Positions 29,679 through 43,207 of a DNA stretch of 64,000 bases are shown here, piece by piece (positions within the stretch are counted from its first letter, which is position 1; each line of letters begins with the position of its first letter). Made by a program: the position numbers and the translations under genes. Under the pieces are notes generated by a model, which worked only from the letters and a program-made list of their open reading frames with translations, ran no database searches and had not been told where the DNA came from. This DNA is from the human T2T-CHM13v2.0 reference genome, Homo sapiens: assembly GCF_009914755.1 (NCBI RefSeq), contig NC_060932.1. One strand, 5' to 3'.

Positions 29679-30473
29679 AAAGCTCCTGAAGTGATTCCAA
29701 TATTCCATGAGATTTGAGAACCTCCACCCTAATCTATTCTAACTCAGCCTGCTTCGGCAGGGAGTAGGATGAGGTGGGGTGCAGGCAGGGACAGATTTAA
29801 GTTCTTAAGTATTTGTGAGCTGTCACCTTAAGAAACCCAGTTATTTTGGGCATGAAATATCCTTAGCTGACTGCAATCCTGGGGTAGAGGACATGGTTCT
29901 CCCTCCCTTCCAGAATCCTGGCAGCTCTGGCAGACTGCTACACCAGCAGGAGCAGAAGGTTCAGTCTACTGTGTTACCTTAGACTTGGGGAGAAAACAGG
30001 GCCAAGTAGCACTAATTCTTTACATACTGGTTAATACTGAATGACATAAAGGGTACGTATTAAGATAGGAATAGCTTAGACTACTTGCCAATAGTCCCTA
30101 ATAGTCTATCAATCACACCTCAGCTGAAATCCTGACATGTCACTTGTACATGTATACACGGATAATGTCACTCAGGTAAATGCACAATGAGCAGACTTTG
30201 TTTAGTTAAATTTAATGATGCTGACATGGTGCTAAATCAATGGGCCAAAGTCCATCTGTTGAGTAGAATAAAAATCAGAGTTACAGAACTTTAAAGATGA
30301 ATTATTCTTCAAGGAGCACTAAATCCAACTTATGTTTTTCTGACAATTAAACAGGGGCAGAAAAAGGTCAGCTGACTACCCCGGCACATTGCAAACATTT
30401 AAAGAGCTACTTTGAGGGCTCCTTCCATCTTGAGATGGTAAATGTAGCAGTGTTTGAGCACAGTCTATATTGC

Positions 30474-30960
30474 TGTCTTAATCTGGACCCTGCAGAGAAA
30501 CAGAACCAATAGGATGGAAATGTGTGTGTGTGTTTGCGGTGTGTGTGTGTTTATGATTTATCATAAGGAATTGGCTCATGTGGTTGTAGAGGTTGACATG
30601 CCTCAAGATCTGTAGTAGGCAAGCTGGAGACCCAGGAGAGCTGATGGCATCATTTCAGACTGCGTCCAAAGGCCTGAGAACCAACAGAACTGAAGGGAGA
30701 AGTTACAGTTTAAGACTGAGTTTGAAGGCAGGAGAACACTGATGTCCCAGCTTAACAACAGTTAGGCAGGAGAAGTTTCTTCTCAATTATCTTTGGATGA
30801 GGCCCACCCACATCAGGGAAGAACATTTGCTTTACTAGTCTACTGATTGAAATGTTAATCTCATCCATAAGCACCCTCACAGACACACCCAGAATAATGT
30901 TTGGCCAAATGTCTGGGCACCCCGTAGCTCAGTCAAGTTGATGCATAAAATTAACCATCA
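30474..30960 (-). mobile_element. MLT2 (ERVL) solo LTR
   Basis: cagagaaacagaaccaatagg (TG)n ... agtcaagttgatgcataaaattaaccatca. Confidence 0.88.
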
Positions 30961-31199
30961 AAACTGCCTTTAGGTTCTGATGGATCCTGTGTTTACACAG
31001 GAAGTAGGATGTCAGTTCTCTATGCTATAGGGTTTGGTCTGTCAGTGTTGGGCATCTGTGTGCACTCTCCTTGGCACCTCAGAGCAAGGGTTAGCATGGA
31101 GTAGAAAATTACAGAAGGGCCAGGAGGACATGTAGCCATTGTGGTCCTGTGAGAGAAGTGGAGCCTTAGAGAATGGCAAGATCACTGTGGTCCAGAGTA

Positions 31200-31520
31200 G
31201 TTAGAAGTTTCATGGAGGGGATGTGACCTGAATGGTGCCTTGAGGAATGATTGTACTTTTTCTGGGGAGAGAGGAGACAGAGAGGATCCAGTGGAAAAAG
31301 CAGCATGAACAGACACAGCATGAAGGAGTGGGTGGGGCAACAGGCAGGAAGCAGCCTGACTGCAACAGAGTGCATGCCGGGAAACAGGAAGAAGCAAAAT
31401 GGGTAGATGTGGTCTAAGAAATTAGAGTGAAAGAATTAGACTTCACACCGTAATAACAGGAAGCCACTTCTCAAGCCGGGCATTCATCTGATGGCAATGA
31501 CATTCTAGAAAGAGTTGTTT
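31200..31520. mobile_element. L2 fragment
   Basis: agtttcatggagggg...cagcatgaacagacaca...ggaagccact. Confidence 0.45.
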
Positions 31521-32669
31521 GCTCTTCCAGTTAAATCCTTAAAGATGAATGGTTGTGACGTAATGGTCTCCAACAGCCCCCTTATTATCAATCACCTAAA
31601 AAAAAATTAAATTTATTTTACTTAAAATATGGTAATGGAAACTAATTCAGTAATAACAAAATTTGATTTTATTCTGTTCTTTAGATACTGAGAAAATTAA
31701 GAGCAAACTTTCCAGGCTTGTGTGAATTTCAGAAGAATATTCTCATTTTACATATGGCAAAGTGAGGCAATGGTCTCACCATATAATATAACAATGTAAT
31801 CTTATATTCTTAAGAACTGCTGTTAAGAACCACCATTTAAAACAAATTTTTATATTATGATTCTTTCAATAATATTGCTATTAGTCTTGTAATATACTTG
31901 TATTCTGGGACTACTTCTACTTACTTTTATACGTAGCCCAACTTTGCAAGGAAAATACTCTCTTAATAGTTGAAAAATGGCAGTGTGCTACTGGCTTATA
32001 TTTTACCAACACTGCTTCTCCCCAGTGCATGTTTAGGTGCAGAGCTATTTCATTATCACAGCAGAATAATTGCCATTTTCAAAGCCAGCCCTCAGAGCCA
32101 AGCAGTGAAATTGTAAAAATTCTTTTACAACTAGCAGTTGTGAGATCTTACATACGTAGAGTGCACTTCTAGGACAAGCATTTAAGATACTTGGGGTCTT
32201 CCTCAAACCATTCTAACATTATCTCTAGCTACTAAAAATAAAACAGGTAAGTCAACTTTTAGGACCACATTTGTAATTCTTTTAGAAAGAATAAGAAGAT
32301 GATATCCATGAAATATTTGAAGGTGAATTTGAATATGAATACCATATGATATGTGAAAAACTATGAAACAGGCTTAAATGTTTTAATACTTCCCATCAAT
32401 CACACTGCACACTTTTTGACATCTTTTATGTTCCAATTGATATAGATGTAGAAATTTCCATCAGAGGCTTGGGGGAAAATTATATATCTAAACTTATTGC
32501 TATTGTTCCTTCATGCTTTTTCTTCCTTATAAGGAAGTTTTGCAAGAAACTTCATCCCAAGAGGTCATCTTCCCTGTAAAATGCGGCAAACACCCTTTTT
32601 AAAGATGAGAAAGGAGGGCGTTGAATTTGGGAGACGATGGTGTTCCAGAAAGGATGGAGCAATGCATGG

Positions 32670-32840
32670 CTGTCAAACACAGCTGTACACTAAATTACCT
32701 GGAGCATTTTCAAAACTATTGATGCCTTGGTCTCATCCACCAGAGCTTCTGATTTAATTGATGTGTGGTGCAGCCTGGCATCAAGATTTTTCAAAACTCC
32801 CCAGGTGATTCCAATGTGCACCCAAGGTTAAGGACACTGG
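32670..32840. mobile_element. MER5A
   Basis: attacctggagcattttc...ttctgatttaattg...ctccccaggtgattccaatgtgca. Confidence 0.8.
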
Positions 32841-33205
32841 GGTGGTGGCCATGGGCTTGAGTAACAGCTGGAGGGAGTCAGGTGTGTCGTACAGACTCCA
32901 TGATCCTCCTTCCTGTATGTGAAAAGTGGAAAAATACCAGCATTTTACAGGGCTATTGTAAGGATCAAATAAAAGGAAGAATATGAAATTTCACTGAAAA
33001 CTATAAAGGGCTCAACAAGTGTTGACCTTCTCAGAGATATATTCAGACCCTTTTACTCCAAAAAAATAGCAATCTAATTTGCACAAAAAGTCATGCTTCA
33101 ATCATCTTTACAGAAAACAAAAGTCCTGCCAATTTTTGAAATAGTTACTCATCACCCTGGTAGACTTTGGAAACTCACTGACCATTTTGTATAATAAGTA
33201 GATTT

Positions 33206-33264
33206 TATACTAACAGAGGAATATGTAAATGCTATTACGAAAACAGATATATTTAGCTGTTTGC

Positions 33265-33299
<35 letters not shown>

Positions 33300-33381
33300 G
33301 CTGTACATCTGTACATATACACACAAACAGCTAAATATATCTGTTTTAGTAATAGCATTTACATATTCCTCTGTTAGTATA
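33206..33381. repeat. 58-bp near-perfect inverted repeat around a (TA)(CA)n loop
   Basis: 33206-33263 is the reverse complement of 33324-33381 with 1 mismatch. Confidence 0.95.
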
Positions 33382-33399
33382 TTTCCCTTGGGGTAACTG

Positions 33400-33401
<2 letters not shown>

Positions 33402-33444
<43 letters not shown>
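33402..33444. repeat. (TA)n microsatellite
   Basis: About 21 TA units. Confidence 0.95.
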
Positions 33445-33448
<4 letters not shown>

Positions 33449-33499
33449 CCATATGGGAAAAACTGAACTGGGTGGGTAGACTAGCAGACTAGCAGTAGA

Positions 33500-34350
33500 A
33501 TTTTATCTCTGCATAATTTGGGTGCATCGAGAAAAAAAGGAAGTCACTGATAGAATAAGGAAAATAGAGCTCACTACTAATGTGCAGAAATCTGCAAAGG
33601 AGAGGGAAATTGTTAAAATAAAAGTTAAGGAAGATGAGAACATGGAGGTGATTGATGAAATTGACAACATGAGGGAGTTTTGAGACTTACACATGGGTAG
33701 TATCCAATGAGTTGTGGGAAATGAAATTCAAGGAAGATGAACTGAAAAATGAACAAAAATTCCCAAAAAGAGGAGTGGAGAAAAAGGCATCAAGGGGACT
33801 AAGACCCCAAGGGAGAATTTATTCATAAGATGCTGGAGTTAGTAGAGTATCCTTGGATACTGGTGGAAGTGACCCATGGAGGAAAGGCTGATGATGGAGA
33901 GAAGGGCTAATTGCAGGAGTGAGATCCTTCAGAAAGGGTGTTGAGATGCTATCCTAAAGGAGTCTGACAGGAAAATGAATCATACATTTGTAACAAGATA
34001 GAACACTGAGATTATAGATACGGATGTCAGCTTATTATAAATTTGAGGATGGGAGATTTTCAGCTTTATCAGTGAAGTGTGATGCAAGATCATCAGCTAA
34101 GAATGTTGGGAGTTGGACCCTCTGGGCCAGAGGAGAAGGTAGGAAATTTTGTCCTACAGTGTGGAAAACAGACTTATTAGGCAGATGAGGTAGAATTGCT
34201 GATGCGTGTTTAATGTCAATTTGTTGTCACTGGTCATGAATTTAATTTGAAGTCAGTCAGTCCTTTGGTCCATTCTTAGGCACAAGTGCAGGAAAGGTGG
34301 AGGTTTGGGTTTTAACAGGATGGTGGTTTTGCTCAGGGAGAAGAATGAGC
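33500..34350. mobile_element. Probable L2 body
   Basis: Purine-rich tract with L2-like phrases (ttcagctttatcagtgaagtgtgatgcaagatcatcagcta). Confidence 0.4.
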
Positions 34351-34614
34351 GGAGTTGTTGTGTTAGCAAGTTTGGCTTCATGAAACACTGAGCACTTACC
34401 AGTTGGGTTTTGGTGGGGGAGTGTACAGAATTCTTTTATAGAACCTGTTCTTTCAAACGTCTCTTAATTCAGTGCATGACTTCCTCTCCCTAGCCAATAG
34501 CCAGATTGGGATGCAGCCAACTGGGAAGCTTCAAACAGTCAGTCATCTCTAAGGGGCTTTAAATTACTAAAATATATCAGAAATACAGGAACAAGCATCC
34601 TGTTTTTACATTTC

Positions 34615-35417
34615 TGGCATAGTGGACTGAACGGTGGCCCACCACAATATATGTCCACCAGAACCTATAAATGTGATTTGATTTGGAAAAATGGTCTTTA
34701 CAAATGAAATTGAGGATCTCAAGATGAGATCATCTCTAAATCCAATGACAAGTGACCCTTGTAAGACAAGAGAAGGAGAGAAAACACAGAGGAAAAGGCT
34801 ATGCCAAAAAGAAAGAAGAAAGAAAAAGAAAGAAAGAAAGAAGGAAGGAAGGAAAGAAAGAAAGAAAGACAGAAAGAAAGAAAAGAAAGAGAAAGAGAGA
34901 GAGAAAGAAAGAAAGAAGTTGACCAGAATAGGCAAAGTTACACATACTTAAAGTAAACTAATGGTTGCCTTGGGCTAGGGACTGGGATGGACATGACACC
35001 TAATGGGTATGGGGTTTCTTTCGGGAGGAATAAAAATATTCCAGAATTAGATAGTGGTGATGTAAAGCTTTGAAAATATACTAACATCATTTAGTTGTAT
35101 ACTTTAAGAGACTGAATGTATAGTATGTGAATTATTTCTCAATAAAGCTGTGAACAAAAGAGAAACAAATAAACAAACAAAAAAGAAAACAGAGGCAGAA
35201 GTTGGAGTTATGCAGCTCTTCCAAAGAACAGCTGGAGCTACCAGATGTTGGAAGAGGCCAGGAAGGATTCTTCCCCTAGAGCCTTCAGAGGGAGTGTGGC
35301 CTGCCAGCACCTTGACCTTGGACTTCTGGCTCCCAGGACTGTGAGAAAATACATTTCAGTTGTTTTAAGCCACCACGTTTGTGGTAACTTGTTACAGCAG
35401 CCCCAGGAAGCAAACAT
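34615..35417 (+). mobile_element. MLT1B-like LTR interrupted by (GAAA)n and an L1M 3' end
   Basis: ccagaacctataaatgtg...ggattcttcccctagagccttcagagggag...ttgttacagcagcccc. Insert ~34803-35187. Confidence 0.8.
34806..34918. repeat. (GAAA)n/(GGAA)n compound microsatellite
   Basis: Near-pure purine tract seen directly. Confidence 0.95.
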
Positions 35418-35597
35418 AACTGTCAACATGGAAATAGTTCCTGCTCCCAGTAAAAGGAATGGTACCCCTAAGTAAACAGAAAAAAATAATAAAACTAGTA
35501 AACCTTGCCAGTGCTGACCTAGGTCTGTTGAGTGTATTTGTGGCATGCATATGACAACTTATAGGGCCCATCATCTGGCCAGTCACTGATCTTCAAC

Positions 35598-35966
35598 TGT
35601 ATTAGTCTATTTTCACGCTGCTGATAAAGACACACCCGAGACTGGGCAATTTACAAAAGAAAGAGGTTTAACTGGACTTACGGTTCCACATGGCTGGGGA
35701 GGGTTCACAATCATGGTGGAGGGCAAGGAGGAGCAAGTCACGTCTTACATGGATGGCAGCAGGCAAAGAGAGAATGTACCAGCAGGGGAAATGCCAGATG
35801 CTTATAAAACCATCAGATCTCTTGAGAATTCACTCACTATCACAAGAACAGTATGGGGGAAACTGCCCCCATGATGCAATTATCTCCACCTGGCTCCGGC
35901 CTTGACATGTGAGGATTATTACAGTTCAAGGTGAGATTTGGGCAGGGACATAGCCAAACCATATCA
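35598..35966 (-). mobile_element. THE1B-like solo LTR
   Basis: tgtattagtc...gctgctgataaagaca...ccaaaccatatca; TSD tcaac/tcgac. Confidence 0.92.
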
Positions 35967-37634
35967 TCGACCAATCTGTTGACAGTTGCCTGAAAACGTC
36001 AGCAGAGCAGTCTGGAATTCTGAAATGAATAGTGGATGGCATGGGGGTGGGACTCATTTTCTTATCTAAAATTGAAAAGTACTAATATCTCATCTGAGAA
36101 CCTAGTTTTTTTGAAAATTGAAAGAGAAAACTCGATGGAGAACGATTATGAAAGAAAAGGGAATGTTGTGTTAATTCGTTTTTTTTTTTTTTCGGTGGAA
36201 GTAAATTAGTAAGTGACTGTTCTTCCTCCAGTTTCGAGCAAACATTCTTTGCCCAGGATCTGATTCCTATCTCAGTTTGAAATAGAAATCAAAATGGAAT
36301 AATATTTGACGTTTTGCTGTTTCAGATAATTAATGTCAAGAAACAATAACTGAAAATTGGTGGGATTAGAGTAGGGCTCTTTTCCATGTGAAAATGGAAA
36401 CCTGGGATTTCATTGCTGCTGCTGACATCAGTCATGAGGCTCCCGCTCCATCGCCTGGTGCCCGACTGAACAAATGGTGAGCACGTTCTGCCATGAGAGC
36501 AGGAGTCCCAGCTGATCACTGCTTTCTCTCTCTGGCTTCCAATGTGTACAGAAGAAACTCAAAACAGCAAACGGGGGTCAAGCCCCAGTTTTGCTGTTGA
36601 CAATATCGTCATGGAGAATAGGGCTTGAACCTGAGCCTAAATGGGGCGTTTTCTCCTGCCTCTGTGTTTGAGATAACTGGCCATCACCGAAGAGCAAAGG
36701 GCTGACTGCAGTTATCCACCCAGAGGCTAGAACAGAAGGATCAGAGGCTTGGCTGAGCTGTCAGAGGAGTGAGGGCCAGGGAATGTGCTGGTCAGCTCAC
36801 CAAAGGTAAATTCATTGGGCTGGCCAAGAGGGTAATAACTGAACCGGATAAGTGAGCTGGATAAAGGGAGCCCTGGCTGTTTCTTTGAATGTGGCTGTAG
36901 AGCGTATACTCAGCCTGTACCTACCTGCCCCCACTCCCACCACCAAGCCCACTAACCAAACTCACTGACTGAGGAGCCGGCTGGGGATAAAGGATCCCCC
37001 AACATGAGGCATAGGTGGAAAAACAGTCCATTTATTTTAAGGTTCCCAATAACTGCTGCTTCTCTGATTCAATATACTATAGGAAAATTGCTCATGGGAA
37101 AAAGTTATAAATGTGATGACTTAATAAACTTAAAATGATCAAGCCGTATTTACAATCATCAATATCAAATGAGCGTTTATATTCTCTATGGGAACATGCC
37201 ACTTGACAATGTTTCTGTTGTCAAAGAGAATGTGTCAGAAAATCAAAACATTCTGTGAAAGCAAAAAAGAAAAAAAGAACCCAAAACAATAAAACAGATT
37301 TATTTTATCCTTAGTTGAGTAATGCTATCTGGTTATGTGATGAACTGTGAAATGATAAGCAATTCTAAATGAGTTTTAAATTCAGCTCAAGTAATAAAGC
37401 CCTTAATATGGACCTAATGAAAGAGATATACAATTCCATTAATCACTGAAAGCAGTTTCTGGAAGTCACATATCTTGAGCTGCACCTGCCTGGTCTGATA
37501 TGAGGCTAGGCCATTTCAGAGCCTGTAATCCAGGGAAATCCTAGGAAGGGAAAGGAGATGTGAAAACAGGAGTTGAGTATTTATTATTCTCTGATACCGT
37601 GTAGTTAAAAAACACCCCACCCCCCATTCCTTCA

Positions 37635-38001
<367 letters not shown>

Positions 38002-38384
38002 AAAAGATTCATTATGATTGGGCATGTGAAGTAAGTATTCTCTTGCAACCCACTTTCTTAACAGTATGTGCCACTTTTATCAGTTCTTTTCTAGAGATGC
38101 TCATCTCCATTTATGTTATTAAAATCTATCCATATAAAAGGAATTGATTTTTATAAACTTCAAGGTAGTAATTTAATGACTTTAATAAAATTACTCCCTT
38201 AAAACTGTAAAACATTAGTGATTACCCTTCTCATCTGAAGGACAGACCACAGACAATAATACATTTGCAAGAACAAAAGGAAACTGGAACTGGAAGTCAC
38301 TTTGGTTGTATTGTCAGCCAACTGATGTTTCTACTACCTTTTCTTTACTGTTCCCATTAGCTCATTTTGAAACACATTAAAAAA

Positions 38385-38585
38385 TTATTATTTTTAATTA
38401 ATACTCCAGATTTTTACATATATATGGGGTACATGTGATATTTTGATTCATGCATACAATGTGTGATGATTGCAGTATTTAAGATATCCCTTACATCGAA
38501 CATTTATTATTTCTTTGTGTTAGGAACATTTCAGTTAACAACAATATGTTGCATATTTCAAAACAGCTACAAGAGAAAATTAGAA
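38385..38585 (-). mobile_element. Short L1MA 3' end with 5' inversion
   Basis: Antisense 3'UTR 38385-38533, followed by the adjacent upstream ~50 nt in sense (agttaacaacaat...gagaaaattagaa). Confidence 0.7.
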
Positions 38586-38790
38586 AATTGAAGCATATTT
38601 TGATGACATACTTTTCTAGTTTCTTCAAAGGATATGGATGGGGGATCTTTTCTGTTATCCTCACTGAAACAATGACATCCCTTTCCGTGAGAATTAATGC
38701 TTATTACTTATTACCATGATCCAGACGCTGGTCTTAGTGCTTTACATTTGTTAATTTATTCAATCATTATGATAAACTACACAAAGAAAG

Positions 38791-39187
38791 TGTATTACGT
38801 CATTCTTGCATTGCTATAAAGAAATATCTGAGGGTGGGTAATCTATTTTAAAAAAGAGGTTTGACTGGCTCACAGTTCTGCAGACTGTATAGGAAGCATA
38901 GTGCTGGCATCTGCTTCTAAGGAGGCCTCTGGAAGCTTCCAATCATGGCAGAAGGCAAAGAGGGAGGAGGCTCACTACATGGCGAAAGCAAGAGCAAGAT
39001 GGAGGAAGGTGCTGCACACCTTTAAACAACCAGATCTCATGTGAACTCACTCACTATTGTGAGGACATCACCAATCCATGAGGGACCTGCTCTCATGACC
39101 CAAACACCTTCCACCAGGCCCCGCCTTCAACATTGGAGATCACATTTCAACATGAGATTTGCAGAAACAAACATGCAAAGGGTACTA
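38791..39187 (-). mobile_element. MSTA/MSTB solo LTR inserted in a MIR
   Basis: tgtatt...cattcttgcattgctataaagaaatatctgag...catttcaacatgagattt; MIR pieces on both sides. Confidence 0.88.
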
Positions 39188-39769
39188 TTTTTTATCCCAT
39201 TTTTCAATGACAAAGGAGGGGCACAATGATAGATGCCCAGGTAGTCAGACTCAAGCACACGCTCCCACCCATCAGGCTACCCTTCCACTCTCCATCTTTA
39301 TCTTCAAAGGCTGTTTTGTTCACGGGAATTCCTAAACCGTCTCTTCCCTTGAGTCCTCTTCCCATAAATGTTGTTGAGAATTCTCAGAAGGTTAAAGGAC
39401 TTGCTAAAATTTGCACAGTGAGTGGAGCTGAATTTAAAACCAGGCCTTCTGATCTCAAATCCTATCAGCTTTAATAACATCACACTACTGGATATAGCTG
39501 AAGTTTTCAACTTGGGAGAAACTGGCTCTGAAACAAAATAGTTGGCACTATTTCACTTCTTTCACAAATAAAATCCAGATGGATTTCAGAATTAAGTCTT
39601 GCAAATGAAACCATAAAAGTACTGCAGGAAAATTTTGTTGAATATTTATGTAATCTTGGGGCGGCAAGGCCCATTCTAAAAATGCCCCAAAAGTAGGAAA
39701 GATAGATACATTAGATTTCATAAAAATAAAAAGTATGTAAAAACATTGCATACAAAAAAAGGAAAGGCA

Positions 39770-40087
<318 letters not shown>

Positions 40088-41061
40088 AGGAAGGGCAAAC
40101 ACCTGTGCAAAAAAGAAATCCTCTCTTTTTATTGATTCATTCAAAAAAGATTAGCACTGGGGTAAAATGGAGAGGAAAGGCAATGTTCCTGCCTTCATGG
40201 AGTTTATAATCCAAAGACAAAGTCAGACACTGATGAATATGCAATTACATGAAACAAAGGACCCCAGGGGACCCCGGAGATACTTTTTACATGCTCTCCA
40301 GGTGGGTTTTTTTCTCCTCACATGACTCTCAAGTAGGTGGACTTTTCCTTCAATCTATCCACTTATTTCTTGCGGAAATCTATTAATGTTTTTGACACCT
40401 GGATGCTACACTTCTCTAGTTTTTAGTACCAATATTTCAACTGCGCTGCAGTTCTGGGGACATTGCAGTTGGGTATAACAAAGGAGAGGTGGGTAAGCAA
40501 ATAGTTTCTATCTGGAACCAGATTCTGCATAACTTTAGCAAATGTATTCTGCAGGAACACTGCAAAGGGAAACTACGTACTGTCCAGCATAGCCCATGGC
40601 CTTTTGGGGAAGATTGGGACACTTCTGCTCTGACTCCAAGTTATTTCATTACAGCCAGAGGCAATTTGGCCAAGAAAGACCCTGACAGTGTTTCCACTAG
40701 GAAATATTCAGGCCTTCTTTCCTCTCTTGCCAGAAAGTACCCTCAAAGCCAAAGGGAAGAAAACAAGGAGCAGTAGTAAAGACCCGTTACTAGCAGGGAG
40801 AGTGCTTCCCTTGGCCTGTGCCCAGGGTGACTTGGCCATCATAAGCACTAAGTTCTCAGGGTCTGAGCAGAGATACAAGGGTCTTTATGTGAGAGGAGCC
40901 CATAGCTGGTGAGCCTCTCCAAGCCAACTCTATTGTCCCACTCCTCTAAGATAATGGATTTTAAAAATTGGCAGAAGGAGTGTGCAAATTCTTTTCTTGC
41001 TTCTAACTTGCTTAGCATCAGGCTTTTTCTGTAACCTTTGAGTGAAATAAAACACAGCCTA

Positions 41062-41268
41062 AATCGTGGTCCTCAACTGTGAGTGGATTTCCCCCCACAG
41101 GACTTTGACAATCTCTGGAGACATTTTTGATTGTCATGACTGTGTGGGAGTTGTTGCTACTGGCATCTAGCAGGTAGAGGCCAAGCATCTGGCAATGCTC
41201 AGGACAGCCCTCAAGACAAGGAATTATCTAGTCCAAGTGTCAGCATGCCTAGATGGAGAAATACTGAC
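41062..41268. mobile_element. MER20 (hAT-Charlie)
   Basis: tctggagacatttttgattgtcatgactg...gctactggcatctag...gtagaggcca. Confidence 0.85.
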
Positions 41269-42094
41269 CTAGGGATACAAATACTCCTTCAAACAATCTC
41301 TCAGAGCAAAAACAAAATAAAATAAAAAGGCACCAGGCTGGGTTGGTGAATATTTTGGAAAGAAAGAGGGCTTTGGTTTTATTTCTCATTTATTTTGCAC
41401 AGAATTCTCAGACTTTTCACAAATAAAAGGGGAGTTATAGGCATGACCGGTGTGAAGTCAAAGTAACAGCTTTCACCATGACACATTGTCAAGTATATTT
41501 CTTGGACTCTCTCTCTCTTTTTTTTTTTTTTTGTAATTCCCACTTCAAAACCCAAAATCAAAACTTATCTAAATATCTTTGGTAAAATACATATTCAAGT
41601 TTTGCATTATTTGGATACTTACTCCCTCTAACTCTACAACGTTACATATTTTCCTACTGCATTTTTAACTTTCTAGCTAGCTTTAATGGGCATTTTATAT
41701 TAACTCCTTCTGAAGTTTTTGTCCCAGAGTAAAAATATATTGACCTAATGTAATAGTGTATTTTACTATCATTTTTAAATTGTTTTAATTTGTGTGTCTT
41801 TTATCTTTATGGCCCACTGGTTTCACTTGTTTCTAAGTATTATATGGTTTGGCTTAATTTCACAGATGCGTATAAATTTCCCTTTACTTGCTGTAAAATT
41901 AACTGTGAATTATGAGCATGTGCTCTAGTAAATGTTCACAGCTTCTCTATTAGGAACACTCAGATGACTGGGAAGTTACTAAAACTGGGGTTCCAAGAAA
42001 AAACAGTGGATAAATGTTTAACTCCTTTAGCGTTGACTCCTTTCTGAAAGGCAAATTTTTAAGACCTCGGATTCTTTATATGTTAAATGTGGTT

Positions 42095-42585
42095 TATCAT
42101 TAGGAATTTCATCTGGTTATGTGACAGGAAAGATCACTGACTTGAGCAGGATAGGATTTTATGGATTCACTTTTGTAAAATAGGTCTGGAGACAGGCAGT
42201 CTAGGACTGACATCGTCTGGTGGCACCATCCGGTCATCTCAAATTGAAGCTCCTTACTTTGAGTTGCTTCATGCTCAGTCATGGCTTCTGCCTTCAAGGT
42301 CCCCTGTAGTTCACATTGACTGGAACTCTAGCCATTGCCTGCACATTCCAGCACAGAGAAAATAAGAGAAACAGGACAAAAGGGTGGCCATGCCTTTCAA
42401 GGTGCTGTCCTAGCAGTCCCATGTCATACTTCTGCTAACATCTCATTGCTAGAATTTAATCTCTGTCAGGGAGGCTGGGAAATGCAGTCCTCGAACTGAG
42501 TACGTTGCCATCTCCAATAAGATTGGGATTCTGTTACCAATGAGAAATGACAGACTAGGAGTTATACAGTGAGCAGTCTCTGCGA
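42095..42585 (-). mobile_element. Old MLT1 (J/K-like) LTR
   Basis: acttctgctaacatctcattg...gggaggctgggaaatgcagtc...gggattctgttac. Confidence 0.6.
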
Positions 42586-42890
42586 CAAGTATTTCCAAAC
42601 TTTTAAAGTTAAGGAACCATGTTTTTCCCAAAAAAATTGTATTTGGGTGTCCACTAATTTTCACTGCTTTCTTCTGACACTGATTTCTCTCTCAGCACTC
42701 CCAAGGTTCTGGAAGATTTCTATGGAACTAAGGTTCCATAAGGGCACCATGGGTTTGAAAATCATTAGCTAAGATAATTTCCAAAGGTGTATTCTTTTTT
42801 AAAAATTCTGATTCTTTGATTTTGTTGATTTGTAGGATAAGTAATAGCTAAAGAATCACATTTCTCAGTGATTATGACAAACTTTAAAAA

Positions 42891-43207
42891 TTATTTTTTA
42901 TTTCTCTATTTTTGAGACAGGGTCTTGCTCTGTCACTTAGGCTGGACTGCAGTGGCATGATCACAGCTCATTGCAGCCTCGACCTTCTAGGATAAAGCGA
43001 TTCTTTCACTGCAGGCTCCTGAGTAGATAAGACCATAGGTGCATACCACCATGACTGGCTAATTTTTTAAAAAAATATTTTTAATTTTGTAGAGATGGGG
43101 TATCCTTATGTTGCCCAGGCTGATCTCAAATTCCTGGGCTCAAGTGATCCTCCTGCCTAGGTCTCCCGAAGTGCTGGGATTATAGGTGTGAAACACCACA
43201 CTCAGCC
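42891..43207 (-). mobile_element. AluJ
   Basis: gagacagggtcttgctctg, gatcacagctca, tcctgggctcaag (AluJ diagnostics); TSD acaaacttt(t)aaaaa. Confidence 0.92.

Larger units (their letters stand above)
26875..29726. mobile_element. MER5A-like element split by nested L1s (halves ~26875-27045 and ~29680-29726)
   Basis: atctctgaagggtaggcatcaggcatt...aaagctc and agctcctgaagtgattccaat...tttgagaacc. Confidence 0.5.

Noticed and set aside
34606-34951. K/E/R-rich and F/S/L-rich ORFs
   Set aside because: Translations of the (GAAA)n microsatellite.
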